Assembly (NCBI GenBank): GCA_043228905.1
Contig: JBHGNT010000016.1
Span: forward strand, 4,898,001-4,962,000
Source: Azolla caroliniana
Lineage: Eukaryota > Plantae > Polypodiophyta
DNA length: 64,000 nucleotides
Reading direction: 5' to 3'
Positions 27,688 through 41,700 of this stretch are shown piece after piece. The notes below the pieces were generated by a model, which worked only from the letters and a program-made list of their open reading frames with translations, was not told the DNA's origin and made no database searches. The first letter of the stretch is position 1. The number at the start of each line of letters is the position of its first letter. A program made the position numbers and the translations under genes.

Positions 27688-30600
27688 TCACGCTAGAAGA
27701 GATAACTCCCTCCTCTTTCGGACCTCCTTTCTTCTCTTTACTTCCTCCTCCCACATCTCTAAGTTTACCGGAGAGTCAATCCACCTGTAAATCAATAATA
27801 AAACAAAAATTCAACACTTTTATGGATCATTCAAAACTATATCATAAAGATTTGGTAGATTTGACTAAGAAGGGAAAACACCAAAATACCCTACTTTGCC
27901 AGGAATTTAACAAAACAATACCCCTAAGTTTTCCAAAAATGCCAAAATACACCTTTGCAGTACAAAAGTTTTGCTACTAAGCACTGCACAGGGTATTTTG
28001 AAGAGTTGAGGATACCTGCTAATAGATATTTTAGAGGTGCCCTGCTTATTGGCCGCACAATCTCAAATGTTTTAAATTCTCTAGTGAAAAGAAAGAGAAA
28101 AGAAAGTGGCATCTTTTGCTGAGCTCTTTTCATATGTACAATGAAGACAGATGTGTAAGCAATCTCAAATGTTTTAAATTCTCTAGTGAAAAGAAAGAGA
28201 AAAGAGAGGCATCTTTTGCTGAGCTATTTTCATATTTACAAAGAAGACAGATGAGTAAACTTTGGTGGGTTTTTAGCTCAATGTCTCCGATTATTTGTAT
28301 TCGGTCAATACAATGTATTTCTTGGTCGAAAACCTTGAAGATCCACACTACAAGTGGCATAATTAGAATTGCCATGTTTACCACAACAAATGATGAAATG
28401 TCAGAAACTTAAAAATGTTTGATGGATAGATAGATATCTTTTCAACATCCACAGGAGACCAGACCAATTGTGATCTATGAGATGGGGCCTGGCCCATGGC
28501 AAGGATCAAGCTTGGATTCTCTCAATTTTATGACTCTTTTGATGCTATGGCATATGGCATAAACCATCAACGGCCACATAGAGAGAGAAACAGAGAGATT
28601 TTGTCATCGTCCTCAGTGGTCAAATATGCCTATGAAACTGAAGGAATACATTTTCATGTAGTGTGTGAAGTTGGTAAGTCACTGACAAACGTCCAAGAAT
28701 TTTGTTAATGAGTCTTGCATTGCGAGCCATAAACGTCCAAGAATTTTGGTAATGAACATTGCAATTGGGGGGGGGGGGGGGGGGGGGGGGGGGAAGGGGG
28801 AGAGAAAAGTATGGAAAGACAAACCGAAAGAATTTGCAGCTTTCACCAATCATAGCTGCCTTCCTTTTCTGGAACTTCTCATAGAAGGGGTGAGAATGAG
28901 CACAAACCCAGAAACGTAAACCTTTGTTCGGGCCTCTAGATTTAACTGTCTTTAAAACCGCTTCACGTGAACATAAACAACTTGGAGCTTCTAACATGTG
29001 AAATATACTCTCTTCGCACATCTCTTGTACAGTATCTGGGAAACTCTTCTTCAACCCTGCATTGAAATGCTGATTAGGAATTGTTTGTCCGTTCTTTGAT
29101 TCCTCAGCAACAAAGCTCATTACAAGTTGAATGTCCTGATTCAAACCATCTACATTTCCACTCATCTTTCCCAATTGATCAAGGATATTTGCACAGCTGC
29201 TGCTTTTCGATATTTTGTTATCTTTTACGAAGGCTTCGTTACTCTCTTCTACACAAGTGCTTTCATCTCTACCTGATTCAAGATCTTTCTTTTGAGAGTT
29301 GCTTATCTGAATATTGGGTACAAGTTCCTGAGGCAGAATCTCCCTACTTTTTGTGTGGCTATCATCATTGATTAGTAAATTCACATATCCACATCGTGCA
29401 CTGGTGACTTTTGAATGTTTATCCCCACATGTTGCTAAGGTAGAGCCATGGTTGTCTTTCTCCTCCTTCAAACTGTCTAAGGTTTTGCATTGGTTATCCA
29501 CCTCTCTTACAGCACTTCGTGTTCTAACTGAAGGTTGCATAAGACTGGCTGAAGCACATACAATTTTCTTTTTCTTTTTGTCGGCCTGTGCCTTCTTTTT
29601 CTGTTCTTTTGTAAGACGAGGTTCATCAACCCATCTGTAAAACCAATACTAATTTATGTCATTACTAAAGAGTCATTAAAATTAAAAGCATCAAAGAAAA
29701 ATTTCCATTAGATAATTTTCATTAAGGAGTCTTAATAAACAAGCAAAGCATGAAACAAAAATCTAAATAATCATAATCCAAGTGCAAACTGTAAGCAACC
29801 CTCAATGATAATGCGGTAGCAGGAATATTCTGAATAGAGAATTCAAACCAAAGCAAGCCCAATAGGAAAAAGACTATAGAAAGTCTATTTTGAATTTAAG
29901 TCTTCTCTTTCTCTTTCTCTTCAAAAATTTTGGCCATCTTGCTTTTGTCCATCATGTTCAAGATCATATAGGAAAGAAGTCAGAACTCAAAAAGCCTGAA
30001 AAGATGGGCTTCAAATAATACAATTCTAGGGGCAAAGCTCAGATGTTGTGGAATCCAAAGAAGGAAGAGATATGCTATAACAAAGAGATGTTTCCTAATG
30101 AAGATTTTGTCAAAGATGATGAATAAACAAGTGACTAGCAATTTCCTTCAACTACATTGCCTAATTCTTCTACCCCAATAGATACATGGTACGCCTGGTT
30201 TTCTTGTGGAAGAGTATCCTATCCCATCTCATCTCAGCCTCCATTTACAACTCATAATGCTAAACTTGATACAGCAAAAGGATTGCAGGGTCTTCTTTTT
30301 GGTACTAAACCAGTAAGAACTATCCGTGGCATCATACAAAATGAAATGTCCTCCACACATAATATCACACATTACCCTCCAGAGTCCATACAACTAACTG
30401 AAGGTGAAAAAGTTCTTTGTTCATGATTTCATCTTAAGATTTGATTATTTGTTATGAACAGTCCAATCATTCGAGTTAAGCATAAATATCCTCCACCTAT
30501 TCAAGTTTTCTTCTTTAGAATGGATATTCTTAGCCATTACATTATTTAGAGTGTAAAATCTGATAATGTCCCGCTCATAATTTGTGTTGCAGTGGCATGT

Positions 30601-31036
30601 GTCCACTGTCTACACAGACACACACCCTTCTAAAGATCATATACATGTGTGTATACATACATACATACATACATACATACATACATACAAGCATGCATGC
30701 ATGCAAAGAGATATATACATGTGCATTCATATATGCATACAAAAAATATGTATTATAGATGTATGCACACCATACATTGGATATGCATTTGTTGAGGCAT
30801 TCATCTGAGGATTGAAAAGAAATGGCTTACTTGAAGAATCTGCAGTAGTTCTTCTTTTTCTTGCCGAAGAAGACAAACCGCCGGCAGCAGAGGTAACGAA
30901 GCCCTTTGTTCTCGCTCCGCGGGCCAACCACCTTCAATACTGCTACCAAGCCACACTCACAACACTCTACAGGTGGTTTAGCAATGTCGTCCTCTCCTCC
31001 ATCTCCTCCTCCTCCTTCCATTTCTTCTTCTTCCAT
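27688..31036 (-). CDS. Protein with two GRF-type zinc fingers (~370 aa); exons 31036-30831, 29634-28825, 27784-27688
   Basis: ZF1 CCECGLVAVLKVVGPRSENKGLRYLCC...CRFFK|WVD and ZF2 CLCSREAVLKTVKSRGPNKGLRFWVC...CKFFR|WID are each completed by GT-AG splicing. Total 1113 nt, in frame, ending TGA at 27690-27688. Confidence 0.8.
27872..28056. mobile_element. MULE-TIR-like MITE fragment in intron 2 of the GRF gene
   Basis: GGGAAAACACCAAAATACCC...AATACCCC...CCAAAATACACC with inverted GGGTATTTTG at ~27991. Similar style to 58723-58800. Confidence 0.4.
28058..28259. repeat. 102-bp tandem duplication (intronic)
   Basis: caatctcaaatgttttaaattctctagtgaaaagaaagagaaaag... at 28058 and 28160. Confidence 0.9.
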
Positions 31037-31411
31037 TTCTTCAAATAATTCTGATTGTGAAACCTGGGACAAAACACTCCTCCTCCTCCAACCATAGTAT
31101 TAACCATACGTGCATTCGCATTCGAGATTGTTTCAATCATTCGAGTATGGTAAACACCCTCGATGTATGGTAAATATGTACGATACTTTTGTATTTTTTT
31201 TATTATAAGGTAAAAAGTGTAAAAGAAAACATATAAGAATGTTTTGACAACATACGCATTCTTTTTTCATTCGTATGAGAAAGAATGTTTGCTCATGCAT
31301 TCGATTATATTACGTAATACGTACTATGCCTCCAAACTATGTACAGTCTAGTACCATGTGGCCCCTTGGACACGTGGCAACACGAGAGAGTTCGAGAAGG
31401 CTCGATTGGCT

Positions 31412-31620
31412 GGGGCCTCGAGGCCCCGGACATGGAGCTCTCACTGCCCCACAACCAAATTTTCAACGCAAAACAATACACACGGGACCAACACATACAA
31501 GCCCTCTGGACTCCGTGTTGTCCTCCGGACATGGAGCTCTCACTGCCCCACAACCAAATTTTCAACGCAAAACAATACACACGGAACCAACACATACAAG
31601 CCCCTCTTGACTCCATGTTG
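31412..31620. repeat. Perfect 16-bp palindrome followed by a 99-bp tandem duplication upstream of the GRF gene
   Basis: GGGGCCTCGAGGCCCC at 31412-31427; ccggacatggagctctcactgccccacaacc... at 31426 and 31525. Confidence 0.9.
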
Positions 31621-34169
31621 TTGGCTACCATCCTGTCGTACTTCATAGCCTGTTGGGCTCATGTGCCTTAGTTTCCTAGGCAACATGCATACATGTCATG
31701 TTTGAAAACCCCGCTAGGAGCCATGCTTGGAACATCTTCCTCGCGAACGCTTTGCCAACACGTGAGGATGAATCTGAGCCAGTGGCTTCTGATCATCGGG
31801 TCATCCTCTCCCTTCCCAACACGTCAAGATGAAGTGGCTCAATGCTTAATTTGGTCATCTCGTCATTGCGTATTTGTTGCATGTATTTGCAAAATGCCTT
31901 ACCACTTGCCACTTGAGCCAATTTGCTAATTTGGACACGTGGGCAATACTTTTTCCTTACAATAATACACATTGTATTGTCAATACTAGGCGAGGATTGT
32001 GTCTTACCATGCATCCAAATTCGATTAAGTCAATACATGCCATTAAATAAGCTTCGATGCCTACTTTGTCTTGCCATTGCATTCATAACAATTTGGTTAA
32101 ATGACATGTCTTTCCGTAAACATCTACCAAACTACTAAATAGAATCAATTGAACTAGTTACCGTAAACCAAATAGAACCAATTATACAATTACTTTGAGA
32201 CTTGTTAGGAGTGAGAAAATCAATCATTTATATCATTTCCCACAACAAACATTATCAAAACACTTTTATGGCTCAAAAATTAAACTAATTTTACGGGATA
32301 CTTATTGCCAATGATTTGCATTCACACAACTGAAAATACAATGGGTGCTTTGATGCCTCGTTTGGTATTGAGTAGAATGCAAGGTAAGTTGTTGGAATTG
32401 ACAATGTGGATGACAGGAGGGATTGAAGTCCAACGTGTATGGATGAATGCAATTTGCTTGATCAGAGAAGATGATGATTTCATGATTTGGTGCAACATAT
32501 GGCACATGTAACATGAGCATCTATATCTCTTCCCAACACATGATACGTTGATAGAATAAGTTCACACTCGTGATGCCACACACACACACACACACATCTG
32601 CACACATAATGTTGTTGCTCTAACAAATGCCACAAATCACAACAAATGTGTGTCAAGGACACAAATGGGTTCTTGGGATGAATGGCAATTCAAGAACTTT
32701 TGTGCTCCATATCGGTGGGTAAGCAATCATATTCTGTAACACACCATAAATCTTGCGACGCAATTACACTACATATATTTGCGATGATGCATAATGGTGT
32801 TCGCGATTTTGTTTTGTTTTGTTTGTGTAACAACATAGAAAGAATGAGAAACACTACATATATGCAGGAGGTCTCTAGTTGAATACATGCACACTTGATT
32901 TTGGTATCTATTTAGCTCGAAACTCAAGAAAATCAATTGATGTTTGCAGTTTTATAAGAGTAGTGATCAAACATGTTGTTTCCAGCTCAAGCATTCTAAG
33001 ACCATTGATTGTCCAAAAATCAACTAGGAAAAAGGGGGTCTTTTGGGATTATGGAAGTATATTGTCCGAAAATTGTGCATGTGTGTTTTATGTTGGGAAG
33101 GGGGGGCATGCGTGGTTGACATATCAATTTGAGAAAACCACTCACGTCTTGTCTCCTATCGCAATGCCTTATTTTTTCATTAGCGATTATAATGTAAGAT
33201 TGAAGAATAATGGAAGGTATGTTACTTCGATCATGGATGTTGGCAAATCTTGAAATGTAATTGATGTTCTAAATTGCTGCTTCTAGCAAAGGTCTTCATG
33301 TGGAGATATTAAGCACTTGCCATACATAACACGACCCATGAGGTCATCAATATCGGCTTTGATACTAAAAACCAAGTTTAAGACCAAGAAAAGGGGATAT
33401 ACAACAAAGTTGACACTAGAGCATTAGGCCTAATGTCCACTCCAATGGGAAAGGGGACAATCTACATGTAAAGGAGCTATACAAGTCACTATTGTACCTT
33501 TTTCAGTTACTTCTTAAACCCTAGGATTTATGTCAGAGCTTTTCTCTCTCCTAAGGGACGAAGATCACTTTCCTAATTTTGCGATTTTGGGGATTGGGTC
33601 AAAATTGGGATATGCTCAATGCTTTTTTGCATTTGATGGTAGGTATGGAATTTGAGCATAAATTACGAAAACTGAAGGGAGCAATGATGTGACGATTTTG
33701 TTTAGTAGAGCGAGTCGAAATTCTTCCGTCAGTGGAGTGTTCGTCTTGCCTAAGGGCGATCCATGAGCATGTCCCACTGACCGTGTAGTGGTTAAACCAC
33801 ACAATTCTGGTATGATTGTTGTGTTTTTGACAAGATGGTAATTGTGTTCTCTAGATGGAGCTAGCTCGGTTGGTAAAGTTGTACGATGTAGACCAAGTGG
33901 TGATGTGATCAACCCCTCCATTAGGCAATGGCATCTCTTGACTCTAAGAAAGAAAAGTTATGCATTAAGGAGATGTGAAAGCTAAGCCTTGATCACAAGG
34001 CATGTAGGTTTACTAGTCTTTCTCTAGTATCTACCTACTAACTTACCACTAGGGTTCCCTAATTAGGAAATAAAAGAGAGAGGGGTATGTTTTGATATTA
34101 AGTAAAAGTGGATTGGATTGGAAGGGCTCCTCCAAATTTAATAAAAGAACAAAAATTGTTTTGCGGACA

Positions 34170-35701
34170 AAAAACAACAGACGAAGAAGAAGAAGAAGAA
34201 GAAGAAGAAAGAGATCAGAGTCGAGAACTCAACACAAAAATTGAAGGCTGTGTTTCATTCTCCTTCGTCTTTACTCTATTCTTTTATCTGCAGAATCGCG
34301 TCTACTTTTGTTTCTTTCACTTTTGAGGAGCTTTCCACTCACTACTGTCTCGTCTCTCCAATAAAATCTCAGGTTTTTAAATCAATCTGTTTCATGGTTA
34401 ACCAGTTTTTCTTTTCTTTTAGTTAGATTTTCCTTTATACGAAGTCTATGTATCCATCTATCTATCGATGTTTATTTATTCCCTTCCTTGTTTTCTAGAT
34501 TAATCGTTGGATATGAATCTCGTTTAGGTGAATACGTTGAACACAAATATTTAGTTCAGATGAATACCCAACTTCTGTTTGAACCATCAGATTTTGGTTT
34601 TACTCTTTGTTTTTACGACTGTGGGATTATATCTTAATATTGGATTCTTAATTTTCATATATTAGTTCAATATAGCTTTGTGTATGATTCAGACTTTAAT
34701 ATCACATGAAAAAGAAATCATTATTGGTGTGAAATTCTAGTTGCACATGCCATAAGCATAGGTTAGATCAATATATTTCTGTAAGTAATCATCCATTTTT
34801 AGACGAAACTTGCTATATTTAATCGGTAATTTTTTGTTTCAATGCATATTCCCAACATCGATTCTTGCTTCTTTGATGTGGTGGATTTATATCTCAATTA
34901 ATTGCAGCGTCAGGTTATGGATTTTTGTGTGCTATTTGTATCGTTATTGGAAGAAATGTGAAGATTTTAATACCCCTACAAAAGGAAATTGTAGTGTTAA
35001 TATCAGAGAGAAGTATTAATTGTTGTGAAGTTATCTCTCACATAACATATAGTTAAAAGGGAAAAGAAGTTTCAAGAAAGGAAATTGATTGGTTAAAGAC
35101 AATTAAAATCCTGAAGTATTCATGAAAATCCAAAGTTCTGTGATTGGTTGTCAGCTGAAAACCCTTATTACACATGAAAACCCAGGTTTTTAGAAAAGTA
35201 ATAACTGTACTATCATGAAAAATAAATAATAAATCTTGTTAAGATCTAGATTTGCATACCATAAAATATAAAAGAAAGTAAAAATTCTCCCGTTTTCCTT
35301 AAAAAGAGATAACCTTGTTGTTCACAGGTGTAATTAAATTATACATTTGAAACTTAGAGACTATCTTGACCACTTTGAAAATGTACTATATTAAAAGCAA
35401 GGTAATTCATCAGTAGTGCCAAGGCATTAAATGCTTTGATGAATCTGTCATCAATCTGGCTTTTAATGCATTTCCTCAATATGGTCTTTTGGAGGATGAT
35501 TTGTAATAGATTTTAAGAAAATAAATTTGATAAAGATGATATTTTTTAATAGATTTCTCCATAAACTCGTGGTCTAAATATATTTCCTTAAATTATGTTT
35601 TTTTGAAGGGCTCTTACATATTTCATCAAATTTTGCTTTTACAGAAGGGCATACCATATATTCCACAATTTAGGGGGTTTGACTCTCTTGAATAAGAAGG
35701 A
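34170..35701 (+). other. Probable PEX5 5'UTR with a leader intron (34373-35644)
   Basis: GAA-rich leader, donor CAG|GTTTTT at 34372/3, acceptor TTTTACAG| at 35644, ATG at 35702. Confidence 0.5.
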
Positions 35702-38700
35702 ATGGCATTGCGAGATCTTGTAATGGGTGGCGGTGCATGTGCCGTCCCTGGCACCTCATCATCAGCCAATCCATTGGGTGGTTTGGCAGAATCTATCTTT
35801 GGTTCTGCTTCTAAGACTCAGGTTTGTTTTCCTACCACCTTATCATAGCATATTTTCTTATTGCCATGTAATGGATAAAGTATGTTCAATGCATGATAGA
35901 AAAGCCATGGCCCACTAAGATATATTTGTCATACACATGCTTTCTTCTTGCTATGGCTATGCATGAATTAATTAGATTCAATGGCTGATGGAAAATCTAT
36001 GTCCCACTGAGATATAATGCTTTTTTTACTCATATGTTCATGAGTAAAACAATTGAAGTAGGTAGTTTAAAATAAATCCTAATTGCTTCGATCTTTAGTA
36101 GCACATATTTTCTTCTTGCTATTTGTATGAATGAAGTAAAAATATTCAATTCATGATCGAAGAGGATTTAATAGCAGTATGAAAGAAAGCATACAAAATG
36201 TTTTAAACTCTAGTATTTGGCATACCCATGGGATACAAAAAGAGAGAGGAATCAAAATAGAAGTATGCGTGAGGTCAATAGATTCAATGCACAATAGAGT
36301 TGATGCATGATAGTCATGTCTGTCTAGATAGCATTATGAAAGGAATGTATTTAGTGTTTTCAGCCCATGTCTCACAGCATATAAAAGATAAACTAGATTG
36401 GAAATAGGAAATTCTGTGTTTACCTACTCATGAAACCTGCATATAAAAGAGAAACTAGAATTTGAAATCTGAATTGTGATGTTTTTAAAATCCTCGATAT
36501 CTTGAAAACATAATAGCTTAGCGAGAAAGACCTCCTAAAATTGATTGAATCATCAAAACATTTGTAAGATAATGGTTTAACAAACATTTTAAAATTTTAA
36601 TGCCATGAAAATCTGACTCTTAGAAGCGATGATCGTTTGCCTTTCTTCCAAATCTACATAGGAAAGGTTACAGGAACTTCCAGCATTACCAGCCCTTCAA
36701 GAGCCCTCAGCAACCGAACTTGGATCTCGTGCTTCTCTCCCAGGTTCAGAATATGTGCAGCAAACTGGTGCACCATTTGATTCTCAGGTAGCCATCATAA
36801 ACTTTCTCACTCTTCCTTTATCAATATGTCGTAAGAAAGAATGCCCCTCAACTGGGCCGATGTGCAACTCCCTTTTTTGTAGTTGAGCTGCTTTAGTAAA
36901 AATTTGGTTCTATTGATTATTACGATTTTATGCTGACAAGTGCATAATTGGCTTATATTATTCTTTCAATCAAATACTTTTATATTATAGAACCTGACCT
37001 TGAGCTTAGCTTGCATTTTCTAATGCATGTTACATTAGACTTGGACGCCTCATAAATCGAGATGTATCTATTTTTTAAATGATTATCTGAGGGTTAATAT
37101 GCTCAAAATGAAACTACAAATTCTGTCCTGGAACTAGAAATAATTCTGTTACATTCCCCAGATTATAATGGATTATCAGGTCTGTGATTGGCATCTACCT
37201 TGTATCTTTCTGGGATCAAATTCGTAAGTTTGCATTGTTTTGTTCTTTTTTAGGAAGAGCTGTGTTTCTGGTAATGCCTTGTTTGATCTATTCCTGTTAC
37301 TGTATTATTCCCATCACTATCTGTGTGTCTTGCTTCATCCAGCTGTGATGCTCTTGAGACTTGACCCTTCTACTTATTGTTCTATACGAATGTCTGTCTT
37401 TTTCACATTCTTAGTTTATTATCAACTTAATATTTGTAATGCCATAGACTCTTATACGTTATAAGTATGAAGGTATCAAAATATTCGATGAAAGTGAAGC
37501 TTGCGCGATAGTTATAATGCGTGAACCCAAAATCTTGGATTTTTCTCCTGAAACCACAAAAAATCAAATTAGCATAATACCAAATTTTTGTTCATGAAAA
37601 GAACCCATATTTTGCACGCAACTAACACAATGGATTGCTTGTCCAGAAATTGTATAGTGCAACAGAAGTGAACTACCTCTATTCCAACAGATATGCCCGA
37701 TAGTAGTTCCAAGCTACCAAGTTTTGAAGGAATGAGATTTACGAATTTCCCAGATGCAGGGGCGCTATCTTTGAAGCATACAGAATTTACTCAAATCGAG
37801 AAATTATGCTAATGTATTAGACCACAAATAGCTTTAGATGTACGAAACAAGAGACCACACTTATCTCATACCTTGTGAAGTTAAATTTTGTTGCTCATCC
37901 AAGTGTACACATGAGCTAGCTTTCACACTTGAGCCCATCTCCCTTTCCCTTAAAATTTGTGTGAAACTCCTACATCATGATCTCATACTGGAAAAATCTC
38001 AATTTGCTAAACTAGAAGTAATTGGAGACGGACATTCTCAATGACAAGCAAGACACATAAATGTGAGTTGCTGCAACTGATCTTTAGTTTTTCCATTCCA
38101 GTTTCATACATCGAGGGAATGCACCACTACAACATGATCATCAAGTGATGGTTCACTTTTATAGTTAATTATATATAGACCCTAAATCCTAAAACCATGT
38201 ACGAGACATAGATCTGTTGGCTCTAGGTGTGTTACATGGAGGGCATGTCTGTGTATTTATGGAGTTTTGCTTCCATGTCAATATCGTTGGCCTGGGGGTT
38301 GTTGGTGGTGAACTGGATGACAGGTTGTCAATTGCTCTCAAGCCACCAGCCTCACAAACCCTAATTTTGTGAACTTTATCCCTCCTCTCACCAAAACAAT
38401 ATTAATAAGAAGTTTGCAAAAACTATGGAAAAGCTTAAGCATTAACTATGTCAAGATAAATAAATAAATACTCACCACAATAGATTAACCACCCCTTCAG
38501 TACTAAATAGTCTCAACACATACATAAATGGAGAGTGATTAGTGTTTGGCTCAAAATCTCTTGACACTAATCACTTGTGTATATGAAGAAGTAGAAGGAT
38601 GAAGAGCGAGAGTTCTAGCTTAATTTAAAAAGGAGCTCTTTTAAAACCAAGGATTTTCTACAAAGGGTTTGTACCATTTAACATTGGGGTGGCCATTTGG

Positions 38701-41700
38701 CCTAAAGCTCTAGTAGCAAATGTGTTCCTAGTATTAGTCTATGTTTAATGCCCACACCGATGTCTTCACTGGTTGTGCCACATAGGATGGGTACTTAACA
38801 ATAGAACATGTATCCGCAGAAATCTCTATTCATGTCCTTTTTACATGTCATATATATGCTTGTAATTACAGGCTAATCTAAAATTGACCAAATACTAAGT
38901 AAATGCAAGGGGAGGGGATAACTTAATACTTTGTTTTGCATTATCTTCTTGTTGTTCATTTTAAAGTACATAATGAGCAGTCATTGCATGTGCACCATAT
39001 CTATATATGTGCAGACATTTGTGCTATATGCGATATAGATTAATAGACAATAATTTTGAAGGACATATTCATTAGATGGAATTTAATCTCATTATATTTG
39101 GCGACAGATTCCTGGATTTCTCCAGGGTTTTCGTGGTCCTGATCAACATGGATATCATGGTCCTGATCAATTAGGATATCAGGATGCATGGAATGAGATA
39201 CATGCACCCCGAATGCCTCAACAACCATTTTTTCAGGAGCATCTTCCTCCTGGTGTGTTCAATGAATTTGAACAAATATATGGACAAAACTCAGCATCAT
39301 CACTTCAAGGTGATGGTACTCCTCAAGGGATGCTTTCAGGTTATTTACGATCCTTTATGGACAGTGGCCGAGCACAGATTCCTTTTCATCCTATACCGCT
39401 TCCTGATCTTGGATTGTCTGATGTCGATAAACAAAGAATCCGAGATCGGAGTAGTATCATGGCACGCCACATTTTTGCTGATAAGGGAGAGGAATATGCA
39501 AATGCTCAGGTATAAAACTGAGGAATGCGGCCTTATTCCTCCAAAAGGATTATTTTCAATGCCTTTCATCGTGTTAGTATCTGAATCATGTTTGTTTGTA
39601 GGTGAATGCTCTTCTACATTCTTTGGATATCGAATCTGAAATAAGATCTTGGGGCCCCCAAGGTCGCTATCCAGAACTTGAAGGGTACTGGAATGAGGCA
39701 CATGCAGGACGACTAGGACCTATAGAGAATGGACAACATGGAGGCACTTCTGATCAATGGGCAGCAGAGTTTAATAAACAGGATATTGTGAGGCGTCCAG
39801 AGCTGTGGGCTGAAGAGTTTCAACAGCAAGGGGATGGTTGGGCTGATCAGTTTAACATGGTTTGCTTTCTTTGGCCTTTCCTCTATTCAATACATATATG
39901 TTTCTGGATGTGTTTGAGTTCTGCTTAGCAAAGTGGCTGGTAGGAATGCCCAAGAAATCATCCTACAAATGCAATGCGTTAAACTATTTCACAGAATTAA
40001 AGATATTCAAAGAACAAAAAAATTATTGCTTATCGAGTTTAGTAAGTTAGAAAAAAAACCAGTAATTCTTCTACACAATGAGCTCTTACAGCCGTGCAAG
40101 AATTATGACCTTTGTTAAATTAGTTTCAGAATTTTTTTATTATCATTGCTAGTTTTTAGGTTAGTTCAGGCAGTTGTCTGTAATTTGTCGTGGTATCCTC
40201 AATTCTTCACTTAAGCTGTATGAAGTAGAAATATAGTTTCTTTAAAAATCCATAGTGATTTCAAATTGCAGGAACAATCACAACAATCTATGAGAGGATT
40301 GTCTAGGCATCAAGATGCAGGAAATCTTGCAACTTTAGAGCAGACAAGGTCACTTGCTCAGACACTTTCTCAGAACCAGGACCCCAAGTTTCAGGTCAGT
40401 GAGCACTTCACGCGATAACACAGTCTTTTCATTCATGAGGGTTAACTCTAATCTTCTGAACTGTCTGCTGGTTACAGAATTCAAAGTTCCTTCAATTTGT
40501 ATCCAAGATGAGCAGAGGAGAGCTTATTCTGGAAGATAACCTGGTCAAGCCTAATGAAAGTGCTTGGGCTGATGAGTTCCACCAAGCAAATGCCAAAGAA
40601 AAATGGGCAGCTGAGTTTACAGCAGGAGAGGTACTTAATGGAAAACCCAAGAGTTTTAATAATGGAGCTCATTAGAAGGCTATTTCTCATTACATGCATA
40701 CTTCTGTGTGCTATCATGTTTAATACAGCATGTTCATCGCGGTGACAACTGGGTCGATGAATATACTCAGCAGGGGACCTCAGACAAGGAGGGCTGGATT
40801 GATGAGTTTTCCAAACTCAATGTCAATGATTGGGCTGATGAGTTCGGTGATCAGTTTAAAAATGCTGTCAATGAAGATATCAACAATGGATGGCTGGATG
40901 ATTATGACAAGTAAATGTTTTTGCCTATATATATATATAATTTGAGGATACTAAGATGTTTGTATAATTTAGCCGTTCACATTTACTTTCTCTTTTCAGA
41001 TATGTAGAGGAGCAAGTGAGAGGAAATCAGAATTTACCATCATCTTCAAAATGGATGTATGAATTTGCTGACCAGAATCCCTATGTGGGTCATCCAAACC
41101 CATTGAAGGAGGGTCAAGAGCTTTTCCGACGTGGGCTTCTGAGTGAAGCTGTTTTAGCCCTTGAAGCAGAAGTTCTCAAAAATCCTAATAATGCTGAAGG
41201 TTGGCGTTTGCTGGGCATTACTCATGCTGAAAATGATGATGACAGACAGGTCAGTTAATTATGTTTGTCGTTCTGATGAGATCTTACAGTTGGGTTAGTG
41301 CCTCAAGTGAATTGATGCTTTTAATTAACTATGTTAATGTAATAGGTGAGTTTAATTGCACCAGCACAATGAGTACCTGCAGTAAATTTTACAGTCACCC
41401 TTAGTTGGAGTTGACATTTACAATAAACGTTACAAACATTTCAGATATTACTATATGTGGAGTCATCCACTAGATAGATGGACAGACTTACAATATTTGA
41501 ATGATCCTTGGGAACCTCGTTTACAACCTCACTGTCTCAAAAAGATAAAGCCGTTATTGCTTCACATAGGAGACTTAGGCCATGATATGGTAATCTTTTT
41601 GATCCAGAACGTCTAGGGGCTTGAATAATGTGTATCAAAGTGAGGAAGGATTGTCTATCGTTGATGTTTGTATATATGGCTGTATGCATGATAAACTCAT

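Noticed and set aside
28620-28824. Poly-proline C-terminus of the 306-aa ORF
   Set aside because: It comes from a poly-G run inside intron 2. Splicing at 28825 to 27784 restores the GRF motif.
38449-38800. Possible solo LTR in PEX5 intron 2 (TGTCAAG...TTAACA)
   Set aside because: No matching TSD found.
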